A stretch of DNA of 61,461 bases from Candidatus Methylomirabilales bacterium. GTDB lineage: Bacteria > Methylomirabilota > Methylomirabilia > Methylomirabilales > CSP1-5. Location: positions 1 through 61,461 of the forward strand of contig JBHIAH010000009.1 in the NCBI GenBank assembly GCA_046758505.1, in the 5' to 3' direction. Numbering within the stretch: position 1 is the stretch's first letter; each line of letters begins with the position of its first letter. The notes beneath the pieces were generated by a model that made no database searches, was not told the DNA's origin, and saw only the letters and a list, made by a program, of their open reading frames with translations. Below are positions 9,084-17,610 of the stretch, piece by piece. The translations under genes were made by a program, and so were the position numbers.

Positions 9084-10127
9084 ATGCTTACCGAAGACAC
9101 CGTCCTTGCCGCCCTCCGGACAGTCCAGGACCCGGAGCTCCACCGAGACCTGGTCACCCTCGGGATGGTGAAGCAAATCCACGTGGACGGCGGGGCGGTG
9201 GCCGTCACCGTCGAGCTCACCACCCCGGCCTGCCCAATGCGAGCCCAACTGGAAGAGGAAACCAGGGCCGCGCTCCAGGCCCTCCCGGGGGTCACGGCGG
9301 TCACCGTCACCTTGACTGCCAGCGTGCGCACGGCCCCGAGTGGCCCCCAGCCGGTCCCCGGGGTCAAGCACATCCTCGCCATCGGGAGCGGCAAAGGGGG
9401 AGTGGGCAAGTCCACGGTGACGGTGAACTTGGCGGTCGCGTTGGCTGAGGCGGGGGCTCAGGTGGGGCTCCTCGACGCGGATATCTACGGGCCGAGCATC
9501 CCGATAATGATGGGGGTGCACCGGCAGCCCGAGGTGGTGGGCAATCGGATGATCCCCCCGCAAAGCCACGGGGTCAAGTGCATGTCCTTGGGCTTCCTCC
9601 TGCCGGATCACGCCGCCCCGGTCGTCTGGCGGGGGCCGATGGTCGCCCAGGCGGTCAAGCAGATGCTCATGGAGGTGGAGTGGGGGGAACTTGACTATCT
9701 CCTGGCGGACCTGCCGCCGGGGACGGGCGATGCGGCCCTCACGTTGGCCCAGGCGATCCCGCTCTCTGGGGCGGTCATCGTCATGACCCCCCAGGTGGTG
9801 GCCGTCCAAATCGCCACCAAGACGCTCAACATGTTCCGGACCCTCAAGGTCCCGATCCTCGGGATCATCGAGAACATGAGCTATCTCCTCTGCCCCCACT
9901 GCACCCAGCCGGTCGAGCTCTTCGGCCACGGCGGGGGGCGGAAGGCGAGCGAGCGGCTCGAGGCCCCCTTCCTGGGGGAGATCCCCCTGGACCCCGCGCT
10001 GCGCCGCGGCGGCGACGTCGGGCGCCCCATCCTCATCGAGCAGCCCACCTCTCCGGTGGCAGCCGTCTTCCGCCAGGTGGCGGGCAATCTGGCAGGGCGC
10101 GTGAGTGTGGAGGCGTTGGCAGAGTAG
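9084..10127 (+). CDS. mrp: Mrp/ApbC Fe-S cluster carrier ATPase
   Basis: DUF59 N-domain (DPEL, TTPACP), GKGGVGKST, DADIYGPS, DLPPGTGD, ENMS..CPHC; AAGGAG SD. Confidence 0.96.
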   Translation: MLTEDTVLAALRTVQDPELHRDLVTLGMVKQIHVDGGAVAVTVELTTPACPMRAQLEEETRAALQALPGVTAVTVTLTASVRTAPSGPQPVPGVKHILAIGSGKGGVGKSTVTVNLAVALAEAGAQVGLLDADIYGPSIPIMMGVHRQPEVVGNRMIPPQSHGVKCMSLGFLLPDHAAPVVWRGPMVAQAVKQMLMEVEWGELDYLLADLPPGTGDAALTLAQAIPLSGAVIVMTPQVVAVQIATKTLNMFRTLKVPILGIIENMSYLLCPHCTQPVELFGHGGGRKASERLEAPFLGEIPLDPALRRGGDVGRPILIEQPTSPVAAVFRQVAGNLAGRVSVEALAE

Positions 10128-10250
10128 TTTCTCGGCCCTTCGGACCCCTCCAGGGAGGGGATCGACAGGCGTCCTTCCGCTTGTTTTTCACCCGGTTTTT
10201 CCCTTCTGGCACCTAAAATGCACCACCAGGCGGGTCAGGAGGCGGCGTCG

Positions 10251-11147
10251 GTGGCAAATATCTTACTGGCCGATGATCAGCGGGAGTCTCGGGCACGATT
10301 GCAGGAACTCCTGGACAGTCAGGGGATTGCTGTGATCAGCGCGTCGAGCCTTGGGATGGCGGTCCCGTTGGCCAAGTCTGACCCTCCGGAACTCGTCTTC
10401 CTGAACATTACCCGCTCGCGGGAAGAGGGGTGGGGTGTGTGTCGAGAGATCAGGCGCTTTTGTCCGAAGGCAAAAATTGTCCTCTGCATTGAGGGGGGCC
10501 CGACGGACGAGGAGACGACGTTGGGCCTGGAAGCCGGGGCGGATGAGGTGATTCCGGAGATCCGCGATCTGCCAGAGATCTCCGGGTTTCTCGAGGCGGC
10601 GCTGGTGGGACACTCGCTGACCTGTCCCGAATGTCAAAGTGTCTTTCGGTTGCGAGAGATGCCGGTTCCTGGCTCGCGGGTGGAGGCCCAGTGTCCCCAG
10701 TGCCAGTTCCTCATCGGCGTGCTTCACCAAGGGCCGGAAGCAATCACGATTGATCCCGCCGTGGATGGCCAGGCCAAGATTCTGGTGGTGGAGGATACCA
10801 AATTCTTCCGGGCCTACCTCACCGATCTCCTGTCCAAGGTGGGGTTTGAGGTGGTGACGGCCCAGGACGGGGTGGAGGCTCTGGAGTATCTGGAGCGGGA
10901 ATGTCCGGACCTGGTCATCACCGATGTTCTCATGCCGCGGATGCACGGTTTCGATTTGTGCCGCCGGATCAAGGACCGGCCGGAGACTGCCTCGTTGCCG
11001 GTGATCATGATGACCCAGGTGTACACGCGGGTTCACCATGAGCGAGAAGCCCGCGGGGTGCACGGGGCGGATGACTATATCACCAAGCCCTTCCAGCCGG
11101 GCGATCTGCTCGCCCGCATCTGGCGCTTTCTCCCGCACACCCTGTAA
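10251..11147 (+). CDS. Response regulator: pseudo-REC + CxxC...CxxC zinc ribbon + REC
   Basis: ILLADD...VFLN (Asn at the phosphoacceptor position), CPEC/CPQC, ILVVED...ITDVLMP...KPF. Confidence 0.85.
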   Translation: MANILLADDQRESRARLQELLDSQGIAVISASSLGMAVPLAKSDPPELVFLNITRSREEGWGVCREIRRFCPKAKIVLCIEGGPTDEETTLGLEAGADEVIPEIRDLPEISGFLEAALVGHSLTCPECQSVFRLREMPVPGSRVEAQCPQCQFLIGVLHQGPEAITIDPAVDGQAKILVVEDTKFFRAYLTDLLSKVGFEVVTAQDGVEALEYLERECPDLVITDVLMPRMHGFDLCRRIKDRPETASLPVIMMTQVYTRVHHEREARGVHGADDYITKPFQPGDLLARIWRFLPHTL

Positions 11148-11203
11148 ATCGTCCTTGACAGATGCACGCCTCTCGGGGTAAGTAGCAATCCACAACTGAA
11201 AGA

Positions 11204-11483
11204 GGGGCTGGGTGTCAGGGAAAGTGGTGTATCGCCGGCGCATCGGTGAGAATCCACTGCTGCCCCGCAACTGTGAGCGGTGATGAAATCCGCACAGGCC
11301 ACTGCCGAGAAGCAGCGGTCAGCAGTCAGCACAAGGTGAATTATAGATGTGCAGTTTCCTCGCTGATAGCTGACTGCCGATAGCTGACAGCTCTACGGTG
11401 GGAAGGCGCGGAGAGTAAGAGGACCCGCAAGCCAGGAAACCTGCCCAGCCCTGCGGCGTTGATGAGGCCTTCCGAGGGGAAAG
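11204..11483 (+). ncRNA. Cobalamin riboswitch 1
   Basis: AGGGAA..GGTG..AATCC..GCCCCGCAACTGT, GCCACTG, GGGAAGG, B12 box AGCCAGGAAACCTGCC; closing stem GGGGCTGGG/CCCAGCCCT; downstream CCTTCCGAGGGGAAAGG hairpin; upstream of B12 genes. Confidence 0.93.
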
Positions 11484-11539
11484 GCCACCGCACGTGCTGG
11501 GAGCGGTGCCGCAAGGCACCGGAGATCTCAGGCGACGGG

Positions 11540-11572
11540 AGCCCCAACCTTCAGGGTTGGGGCTTATTTTTT
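11540..11572 (+). terminator. Intrinsic terminator, expression platform of riboswitch 1
   Basis: AGCCCCAACC...GGTTGGGGCT stem followed by TATTTTTT just before cbiA. Confidence 0.85.
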
Positions 11573-11589
11573 GCGGGGGTCATGGCCCG

Positions 11590-12966
11590 ATGCAGATTGG
11601 GCGGGTGATGGTGGCCGGGGAGGAGAGCGGGTGCGGCAAAAGCACAGTCGCCGTCGGCCTCATGGGGGCCCTTGCCGCCGCCGGGCTCGCCGTGCAGGGA
11701 TTCAAGGCCGGTCCGGACTTCATCGATCCCTCCTATTATCGAGCGGTCAGCGGGCGTGCGGGGCGGAACTTGGATCTCTGGATGCTTTCGGCAGAGGCGG
11801 TCCTGGAATTGTTTCTCCGCAATGGTAGAACGGCGGATGTGGCGGTCATCGAGGGAGTCATGGGGCTCTTCGACGGGGCGTATCCCGACGACACGGGGAG
11901 CGCCGCGCATCTCGCCAAGGTGCTTCAGACCCCCGTGCTGCTCGTGCTGGACGCCTCGCGCTCCTCGGCGTCCCTCGGGGCCAAGGCCCTGGGTTTCCGA
12001 GCCTTCGATCCCGGGGTCGCGCTCCGCGGGGTGATTGTGAATGGGGTTGCGGGTAAAGCGCACGAGCAGGCCGTCCGCCAGGCGGTGGAGCGGGCCGGCT
12101 TGCCGGTGGTGGGGGTGATTCCGCGAGTTCCGGAGATCCAGCTGCCGGAACGGCATCTAGGCCTCATCCCGCTCCGGGAGGGAAAGGTGCCTGAGGCCCG
12201 GTGCCGGCAGATCGTTGAACGGGTTGGATCGCACCTCGATCTTCCGCAGATCCTTCGGATCGCCGGTGAGGCTCCTCCCCTCCCCGATATCGCCCCGGTC
12301 CTCTTCCCCCCTCCGCCGAGGACTTCGGAGTTCCGCCTCGCGGTGGCCCGGGATGAGGCGTTCACTTTCTACTATGAAGATAACCTGGATCTGCTGCGGC
12401 ACTGGGGGTTTGACGTCGTGGAATTCTCGCCCCTGCACGACGCGACCCTCCCGCCGGCCGATCTCCTCTACCTCGGTGGGGGCTTTCCGGAGGTCTTTGC
12501 CGAGGCCCTCTCCCAAAACGTGGCGATGAGGGAAGCCCTGCTCCGGTTCGAGAGGCGAGGCGAGCCGCTTTACGGCGAGTGCGGGGGATTCATGTACCTC
12601 GGAGAGAGTCTGACCACCGCCGACGGGCGGTCCTTCCCCATGGTGGGCCTCTTGCCGATCCAGACCGTGATGTGTGAACACTTGCAGGCCCTCAAGTACG
12701 TAGGAGTTGAGGTGCTGAAGGGTGGTGCCTTTTTTCGACCGGGGGACCGCCTGAAGGGGCATGAATTCCACCACTCGCGTCTCATTGCCGGAGAGGGGCC
12801 GCATGCGTTCAGATCAGTCGATTCGGCGGGCCGGGTGGAGGAGGGAGGCCTCGTGCACGGGGGCGCGTTTGCATCGTATACGCATCTCCACCTCGCCTCG
12901 AATCCCTTACTTCTCGAATCACTGACGGCCCGGCTCCGGTCGCGCGTCAAGGGCCGAAGGGGGTGA
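11590..12966 (+). CDS. cbiA: Cobyrinate a,c-diamide synthase
   Basis: SGCGKST, FKAGPDFID, EGVMGLFDG, ERHLGL, YGECGG, GHEFH; start moved past the terminator. Confidence 0.95.
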   Translation: MQIGRVMVAGEESGCGKSTVAVGLMGALAAAGLAVQGFKAGPDFIDPSYYRAVSGRAGRNLDLWMLSAEAVLELFLRNGRTADVAVIEGVMGLFDGAYPDDTGSAAHLAKVLQTPVLLVLDASRSSASLGAKALGFRAFDPGVALRGVIVNGVAGKAHEQAVRQAVERAGLPVVGVIPRVPEIQLPERHLGLIPLREGKVPEARCRQIVERVGSHLDLPQILRIAGEAPPLPDIAPVLFPPPPRTSEFRLAVARDEAFTFYYEDNLDLLRHWGFDVVEFSPLHDATLPPADLLYLGGGFPEVFAEALSQNVAMREALLRFERRGEPLYGECGGFMYLGESLTTADGRSFPMVGLLPIQTVMCEHLQALKYVGVEVLKGGAFFRPGDRLKGHEFHHSRLIAGEGPHAFRSVDSAGRVEEGGLVHGGAFASYTHLHLASNPLLLESLTARLRSRVKGRRG

Positions 12967-14477
12967 AGGCGTTGGCTGCCAGGTCCCTGATGGTCCAGGG
13001 AACCGCCTCTCACGTGGGGAAGAGTGTTCTGGTGGCGGCCCTCTGTCGCATCCTGGCCCAGGACGGGTACCGGGTCGCGCCCTTCAAGGCTCAGAACATG
13101 GCCCTGAACTCCTTCGTGACCCCCGAGGGGGGCGAGATCGGGCGGGCCCAGGCGATGCAAGCACAGGCCGCCCGTGTCGTCCCCTCGGTCTTGATGAATC
13201 CGATCCTCCTCAAGCCGACGAACGAGACCGACGCCCAGGTGATCGTCCTGGGCCGCCCCACCGGGACCTCTTCGGCTGCGGCCTATGGGGTCGAGCAGAT
13301 CCCGGCGCTCCGCCGCGTCGTTCGGCAAGCATACGAACGTCTGGCGGCGGAACACGAGGTGGTCGTGATCGAGGGGGCGGGGTCCCCGGCCGAGGTCAAC
13401 CTGCGCAACCGGGACTTGGTGAATATGCCTGTTGCCGAGATCGCGAACGCGCCGGTCCTGCTGGTTGGCGACATCGACAAAGGAGGAGTCTTTGCGGCGC
13501 TCGTCGGAACCTTGGAGTTGCTCGAACCCGCAGAACGGGATAGGGTGGCCGGCTTCGTGATCAACAAATTCCGAGGCGATAAAACACTGCTCGCCCCTGG
13601 GCTTGACTTCCTTGCGGCAAGAACCGGCAAGCGCGTCTTCGGCGTCATCCCCTTTCGGCGGGATCTCCGGCTTCCAGAAGAAGATGCGCTACCAGACCGG
13701 CTCAAGCCTGGCAGGGGTGAGACCAACGGCGGCCACCTGCGAATCGGGGTCATTGCCATCCCCCATCTGTCGAACTTTACCGACTTTGATCCTTTTGCCG
13801 CAGAGCCGGGCGTCACGCTGACCTATGTGCAACATCCCCAAGAGATTACGGAGATCGACTGCGTGATCCTCCCCGGGAGCAAGAGCACCGTTGCGGATCT
13901 CGCCTATGTACGGGAGCGGGGCCTGGCCGATGCCATTACCGGAGCAGTCGCGGAGGGGAAGGTCGTCATCGGCATCTGCGGGGGCTATCAGATGCTCGGG
14001 ACGTTCATTGCTGACCCCGACCATGTGGAATCAGAAGGAGAGCAGGTCAAGGGTCTCGGACTCCTCCCGGTCACAACCCGCTTTACGCGAGACAAAATCA
14101 CGCATCAGGTTCGGGCGAGGTGCCAGCGGAGCGGTGACGAGGTGACGGGATATGAGATTCATCATGGGGTTGCCTTCCCCGAGGACGGGACCCAACCGGC
14201 CTTTGAGATCATCGAGCGGTCGGGGCAGGTGGTTCGGAACCCGGACGGGGCGCGGGATGTGAGTGGAAGGATCTGGGGGAGCAACATTCACGGTCTCTTC
14301 GAGAACGCGTCATTCCGGCACCGGTTTCTCAAAGAGCTGTGGGAGGCCAAGGGACTTCCCTGCCCGGTCGGCATCCAGGATTGGAACCTGGACCGCGAGT
14401 TCGATCGCATGGCGGATTTGGTCCGCACCCACCTCGATATGGTCGCTATCTATCAATTGCTCGAAGGGGAGAAGTGA
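12963..14477 (+). CDS. cbiP: Cobyric acid synthase
   Basis: QGTASHVGKS, PFKAQNMALNS, EGAGSPAEVN, SNFTDF, GICGGYQM, GYEIH. Confidence 0.96.
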   Translation: MKALAARSLMVQGTASHVGKSVLVAALCRILAQDGYRVAPFKAQNMALNSFVTPEGGEIGRAQAMQAQAARVVPSVLMNPILLKPTNETDAQVIVLGRPTGTSSAAAYGVEQIPALRRVVRQAYERLAAEHEVVVIEGAGSPAEVNLRNRDLVNMPVAEIANAPVLLVGDIDKGGVFAALVGTLELLEPAERDRVAGFVINKFRGDKTLLAPGLDFLAARTGKRVFGVIPFRRDLRLPEEDALPDRLKPGRGETNGGHLRIGVIAIPHLSNFTDFDPFAAEPGVTLTYVQHPQEITEIDCVILPGSKSTVADLAYVRERGLADAITGAVAEGKVVIGICGGYQMLGTFIADPDHVESEGEQVKGLGLLPVTTRFTRDKITHQVRARCQRSGDEVTGYEIHHGVAFPEDGTQPAFEIIERSGQVVRNPDGARDVSGRIWGSNIHGLFENASFRHRFLKELWEAKGLPCPVGIQDWNLDREFDRMADLVRTHLDMVAIYQLLEGEK

Positions 14478-15370
14478 TGGGGAAACCAGGGGCAAAGACG
14501 TCCTGGATTCTCCTGCTCCTCGTCGTGGGACTTCCGGTTCACGCGGCCACCCTTGTCGATATGGTGGGACGGCGCGTGGCACTTCACGGGCCACCCCATC
14601 GCATCATCTCATTGGCGCCGAGCCTGACCGAGATCCTCTATGCGCTCGGCGCGGGTGATGCGGTGGTGGGGGTGACCGACTATGCCACCTATCCGCCCGA
14701 GGTCGAGGCAAAGCCGAGCGTGGGCGGCGGCATCAACCCGAATCTGGAGGTGATCGTCGCCCTCAGACCAGACCTGGTTTTGGTCTCCGCTGATGCGAAC
14801 CGCTGGGATACCATCACCCAACTCGAGCAGCTCCAGATCCCGGTCTTCGGAGTAAAGCCGGTGGGGGTGGAAGGGGTCTTTGTCTCCATCGCAAAAGTCG
14901 GGGAGGTGGTCGGGAGGCGGCAGGAGGCAGGGCGGTTGATCGCCGACATGCGGCGACGCATGGGGACGGTTTCCGAGAAGGTTCAAGACCTTCCACGACC
15001 CGAAGTCCTGTATGTGGTCTGGATCGATCCCCTTATTGTGGCTGGCCGAGGGACCGTCATTGATGGACTTATCGCCGTGGCGGGGGGAGTGAACGTCGTG
15101 CGGACACCCGGGTTTTCTCGGTACAGCCTTGAACGGGTCGTGGTCCATGCACCCGATGTGATCCTCCTGGCCTTAGACGGTGGCGTCGCTGAAGATCGGG
15201 AGGTCCTTCGTCGCTTGCCAGGGTGGAGAGAGATGCGGGCGGTTCGGGAAGGGGCCGTACGCGTGATTGACGCCAACCTGATCAATCGTCCCGGGCCCAG
15301 GATCGTTGAGGCCGTGGAACTCTTGGGGTATCTCCTCCACCCGGGGGCCTTTGGTGGGAGGAGTTCATGA
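14477..15370 (+). CDS. btuF: Cobalamin ABC transporter substrate-binding protein
   Basis: Signal peptide, RIISLAPSLTEIL, RPGPRIV; ATG overlaps the cbiP stop. Confidence 0.9.
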   Translation: MGKPGAKTSWILLLLVVGLPVHAATLVDMVGRRVALHGPPHRIISLAPSLTEILYALGAGDAVVGVTDYATYPPEVEAKPSVGGGINPNLEVIVALRPDLVLVSADANRWDTITQLEQLQIPVFGVKPVGVEGVFVSIAKVGEVVGRRQEAGRLIADMRRRMGTVSEKVQDLPRPEVLYVVWIDPLIVAGRGTVIDGLIAVAGGVNVVRTPGFSRYSLERVVVHAPDVILLALDGGVAEDREVLRRLPGWREMRAVREGAVRVIDANLINRPGPRIVEAVELLGYLLHPGAFGGRSS

Positions 15371-16395
15371 CGCCCACCCGGCTGCTGACGGTCATAGGGA
15401 TCCTGACCGCCGGGCTTGTGGGGTCGATCGTCCTCGCCCTGTCGGTGGGGACGGTCCAGGTAGGATTGGGCGAAATCGTGGGAATCTTCTTTGGGAAGCT
15501 TTTGCCCAATCCCGTTTCCTGGACAGAGACGCACGAGACCATCGTGCTGAGCCTGCGACTCCCCAGAACGCTCCTCGCCGGCATTGTGGGGTCTGCCCTG
15601 GCGTTAGCGGGCGCGGGGTTTCAGGCGATCTCGCGCAACCCTCTGGCCGATCCCTATGTCCTGGGCGTCTCGAGTGGGGCAGCTTTCGGGGTCGTGCTCG
15701 GGGTCCTGACGGGCCTGGGCGCCGGGGCCGGCATCCTCTTCTTGCCCCTTTTCGGCTTTGTGGGGGCACTGGTGGCCGCAGTCGTGGTTTATGGCATCGC
15801 GAGCATCGACGGTCGCCTTCCCGTTCACACGCTGCTCCTCGCCGGAGTGGTGGTCTCTCTGTTCTTCGCCTCGGCCATCATGCTGGCCTCGGCCTTGATT
15901 CAAGCGGAAGAGCTTCAGGGGGTCGTGTTCTACCTCATGGGGAATCTCCGCGTTGTGAGCTATCCCACCATCGGCATCGTCGTGGGCTGCCTGCTCATCG
16001 GCACCGCGCTGATCTATGCGCAAGTCCTTCCCCTGAACCTCCTGTCGGCAGGGGAAGAGGCGGCGGCCCAGCTCGGCGTGGAACCGGAGCGCGTAAAACG
16101 GATCATTTTTGTGGCCTGCAGTCTGGTCACGGGTGCCGCCGTCTCGGCGAGCGGCTCGATTGCCTTCGTCGGCCTCATGGTTCCTCACGCCGTGCGTCTC
16201 TGCCTTGGCCCGGACAACCGGGTGGTCATCCCCGCCTCTCTCCTTGCCGGGGCGATCTTTCTCATCCTGGCGGATATCGTGGCCCGGACGGTGGTGGCAC
16301 CGACAGAGATCCCGGTCGGGGCCATCACTGCGTTTCTGGGTGCTCCCTTTTTCGCCTATCTCCTCCGGAGCCGGTATCGGAGTGTCTCTCCATGA
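15367..16395 (+). CDS. btuC: Cobalamin ABC transporter permease
   Basis: LRLPR, RNPLADPYVLGVSSGA, FVGLMVPH, EIPVG. Confidence 0.93.
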   Translation: MTPTRLLTVIGILTAGLVGSIVLALSVGTVQVGLGEIVGIFFGKLLPNPVSWTETHETIVLSLRLPRTLLAGIVGSALALAGAGFQAISRNPLADPYVLGVSSGAAFGVVLGVLTGLGAGAGILFLPLFGFVGALVAAVVVYGIASIDGRLPVHTLLLAGVVVSLFFASAIMLASALIQAEELQGVVFYLMGNLRVVSYPTIGIVVGCLLIGTALIYAQVLPLNLLSAGEEAAAQLGVEPERVKRIIFVACSLVTGAAVSASGSIAFVGLMVPHAVRLCLGPDNRVVIPASLLAGAIFLILADIVARTVVAPTEIPVGAITAFLGAPFFAYLLRSRYRSVSP

Positions 16396-17168
16396 AGGCG
16401 GTCGAGGTTCACGATCTGTACTTCAGCTATCGCAATGGGCGCGTTCTGAATGGGATTTCGTTAACCGTCGAGGCGGGGGAGGTCTTGGGAATCATCGGGC
16501 CCAACAGCGCGGGAAAGACGACCCTCTTGCGTTTGCTCAGTCGGGTCCTCATTGGCGAGGCGGGGACGATTTCCCTCTATGGCCGCGACCTCAACGCTCT
16601 CACTAAACGGGAAGTCGCGCGAACCGTGGCGGTGGTTCCTCAGGAATTTCAGGTGGCCTTTCCCTTTACGGTGGAGCAGGTCGTCGCCATGGGGCGGTAC
16701 CCGCACGCTCGGGGGATCGGCCTCGAGACGGCGGAGGATCGCCGGGCGACGGAGCACGCGATGGACGAGACAGTGACGACTCACCTAGCAGCCAAGTATC
16801 TCGATCAACTCTCGAGCGGCGAGAAGCAGCGGGTGGTTATTGCGCGGGCCTTGGCCCAGCAACCCCGACTCCTGCTGCTCGATGAGCCAACGGCTCATCT
16901 CGACCTCAGCCATCAGGTCGAGATCTTGGGGCTGCTCACGCGACTACAGGCTGAACGCGGACTGACCATCATCTTGGTCTCACACGATCTCAACGCGGCG
17001 GCGGCGGTTTCGGACCGGCTCGTCCTGCTCAAGGAGGGGACGGTCCTTACCGCCGGCTTACCAGAGGAGGTGATGCAGCCGGAGATCTTAGAAAAGGCGT
17101 ACGGCTGCGCCGTCTGGATCGACACTGATCCAGGGACGGGCAAGATCCGGATCCTGCCCCGCCTGTGA
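16392..17168 (+). CDS. btuD: Cobalamin ABC transporter ATPase
   Basis: [26 protein letters not shown]; the ATG overlaps the btuC stop, so the ORF-track N-terminal extension is spurious. Confidence 0.93.
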   Translation: MKAVEVHDLYFSYRNGRVLNGISLTVEAGEVLGIIGPNSAGKTTLLRLLSRVLIGEAGTISLYGRDLNALTKREVARTVAVVPQEFQVAFPFTVEQVVAMGRYPHARGIGLETAEDRRATEHAMDETVTTHLAAKYLDQLSSGEKQRVVIARALAQQPRLLLLDEPTAHLDLSHQVEILGLLTRLQAERGLTIILVSHDLNAAAAVSDRLVLLKEGTVLTAGLPEEVMQPEILEKAYGCAVWIDTDPGTGKIRILPRL

Positions 17169-17185
17169 CAGATCTTGTCTGATAA

Positions 17186-17337
17186 CTGTGCACCGTGAAC
17201 TCCAGTGTCGCACGTTCCACGTCGCACTTGGCACGTTGAGGGAAGCACCGCCAGCCAGCAATTGCGGATCGCCATTATCACACGTGCCACGTGCCTTAGC
17301 CTGAGACCATGAACCGTGAACCCTGAACCATGAACCA
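17186..17337. repeat. Heptamer tandem repeats (GCACGT-type and CCATGAA/CCGTGAA-type)
   Basis: tcgcacg ttccacg tcgcact tggcacg; ccatgaa ccgtgaa ccctgaa ccatgaa. Confidence 0.7.
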
Positions 17338-17342
17338 ACATG

Positions 17343-17610
17343 CCCCCGGATCAAAGGGAAGCTGGTGCAAATCCAGCACGGTCCCGCCACTGTGAGTGGG
17401 GAGTCTCCCGGCATCATGCCACTGTCGTGAACGCAGCTGTCAGCTTCCAGCAGTCAGCCGTCAGCACGCCGAGGGTGTTCCGGGCTGATCGCAGGCACTG
17501 GAAAGTTGATCGCTGAGCGATGGGAAGGCGCGGGGGGATGAAGATCCACGAGTCAGGAAACCTTTTCCGGGGGAAGACGAACATCACTTTCGCGGAAAGG
17601 GAGGTGTTCC
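17343..17610 (+). ncRNA. Cobalamin riboswitch 2 (probably translational)
   Basis: AGGGAAGCTGGTGCAAATCCAGCACGGTCCCGCCACTGT, GCCACTG, GGGAAGG, AGTCAGGAAACCT; closing CCCCCGGA/TCCGGGGG; GAACATC..CTTTCGCGGAAAG..GGTGTTC hairpin covers the SD of btuB. Confidence 0.93.

Noticed and set aside
11494..11535. GGAGCGGTGCCGCAAGGCACCGGAGATCTCAGG resembling part of a glycine riboswitch
   Set aside because: Only the CTCAGG fragment matches; it lies in the B12 riboswitch expression platform and the gene context does not fit.
15306..16391. N-terminal 362 aa of the 620-aa ORF, suggesting a fused ABC ATPase
   Set aside because: It overlaps btuC in another frame; the real btuD starts at ATG 16392, coupled to the btuC stop.
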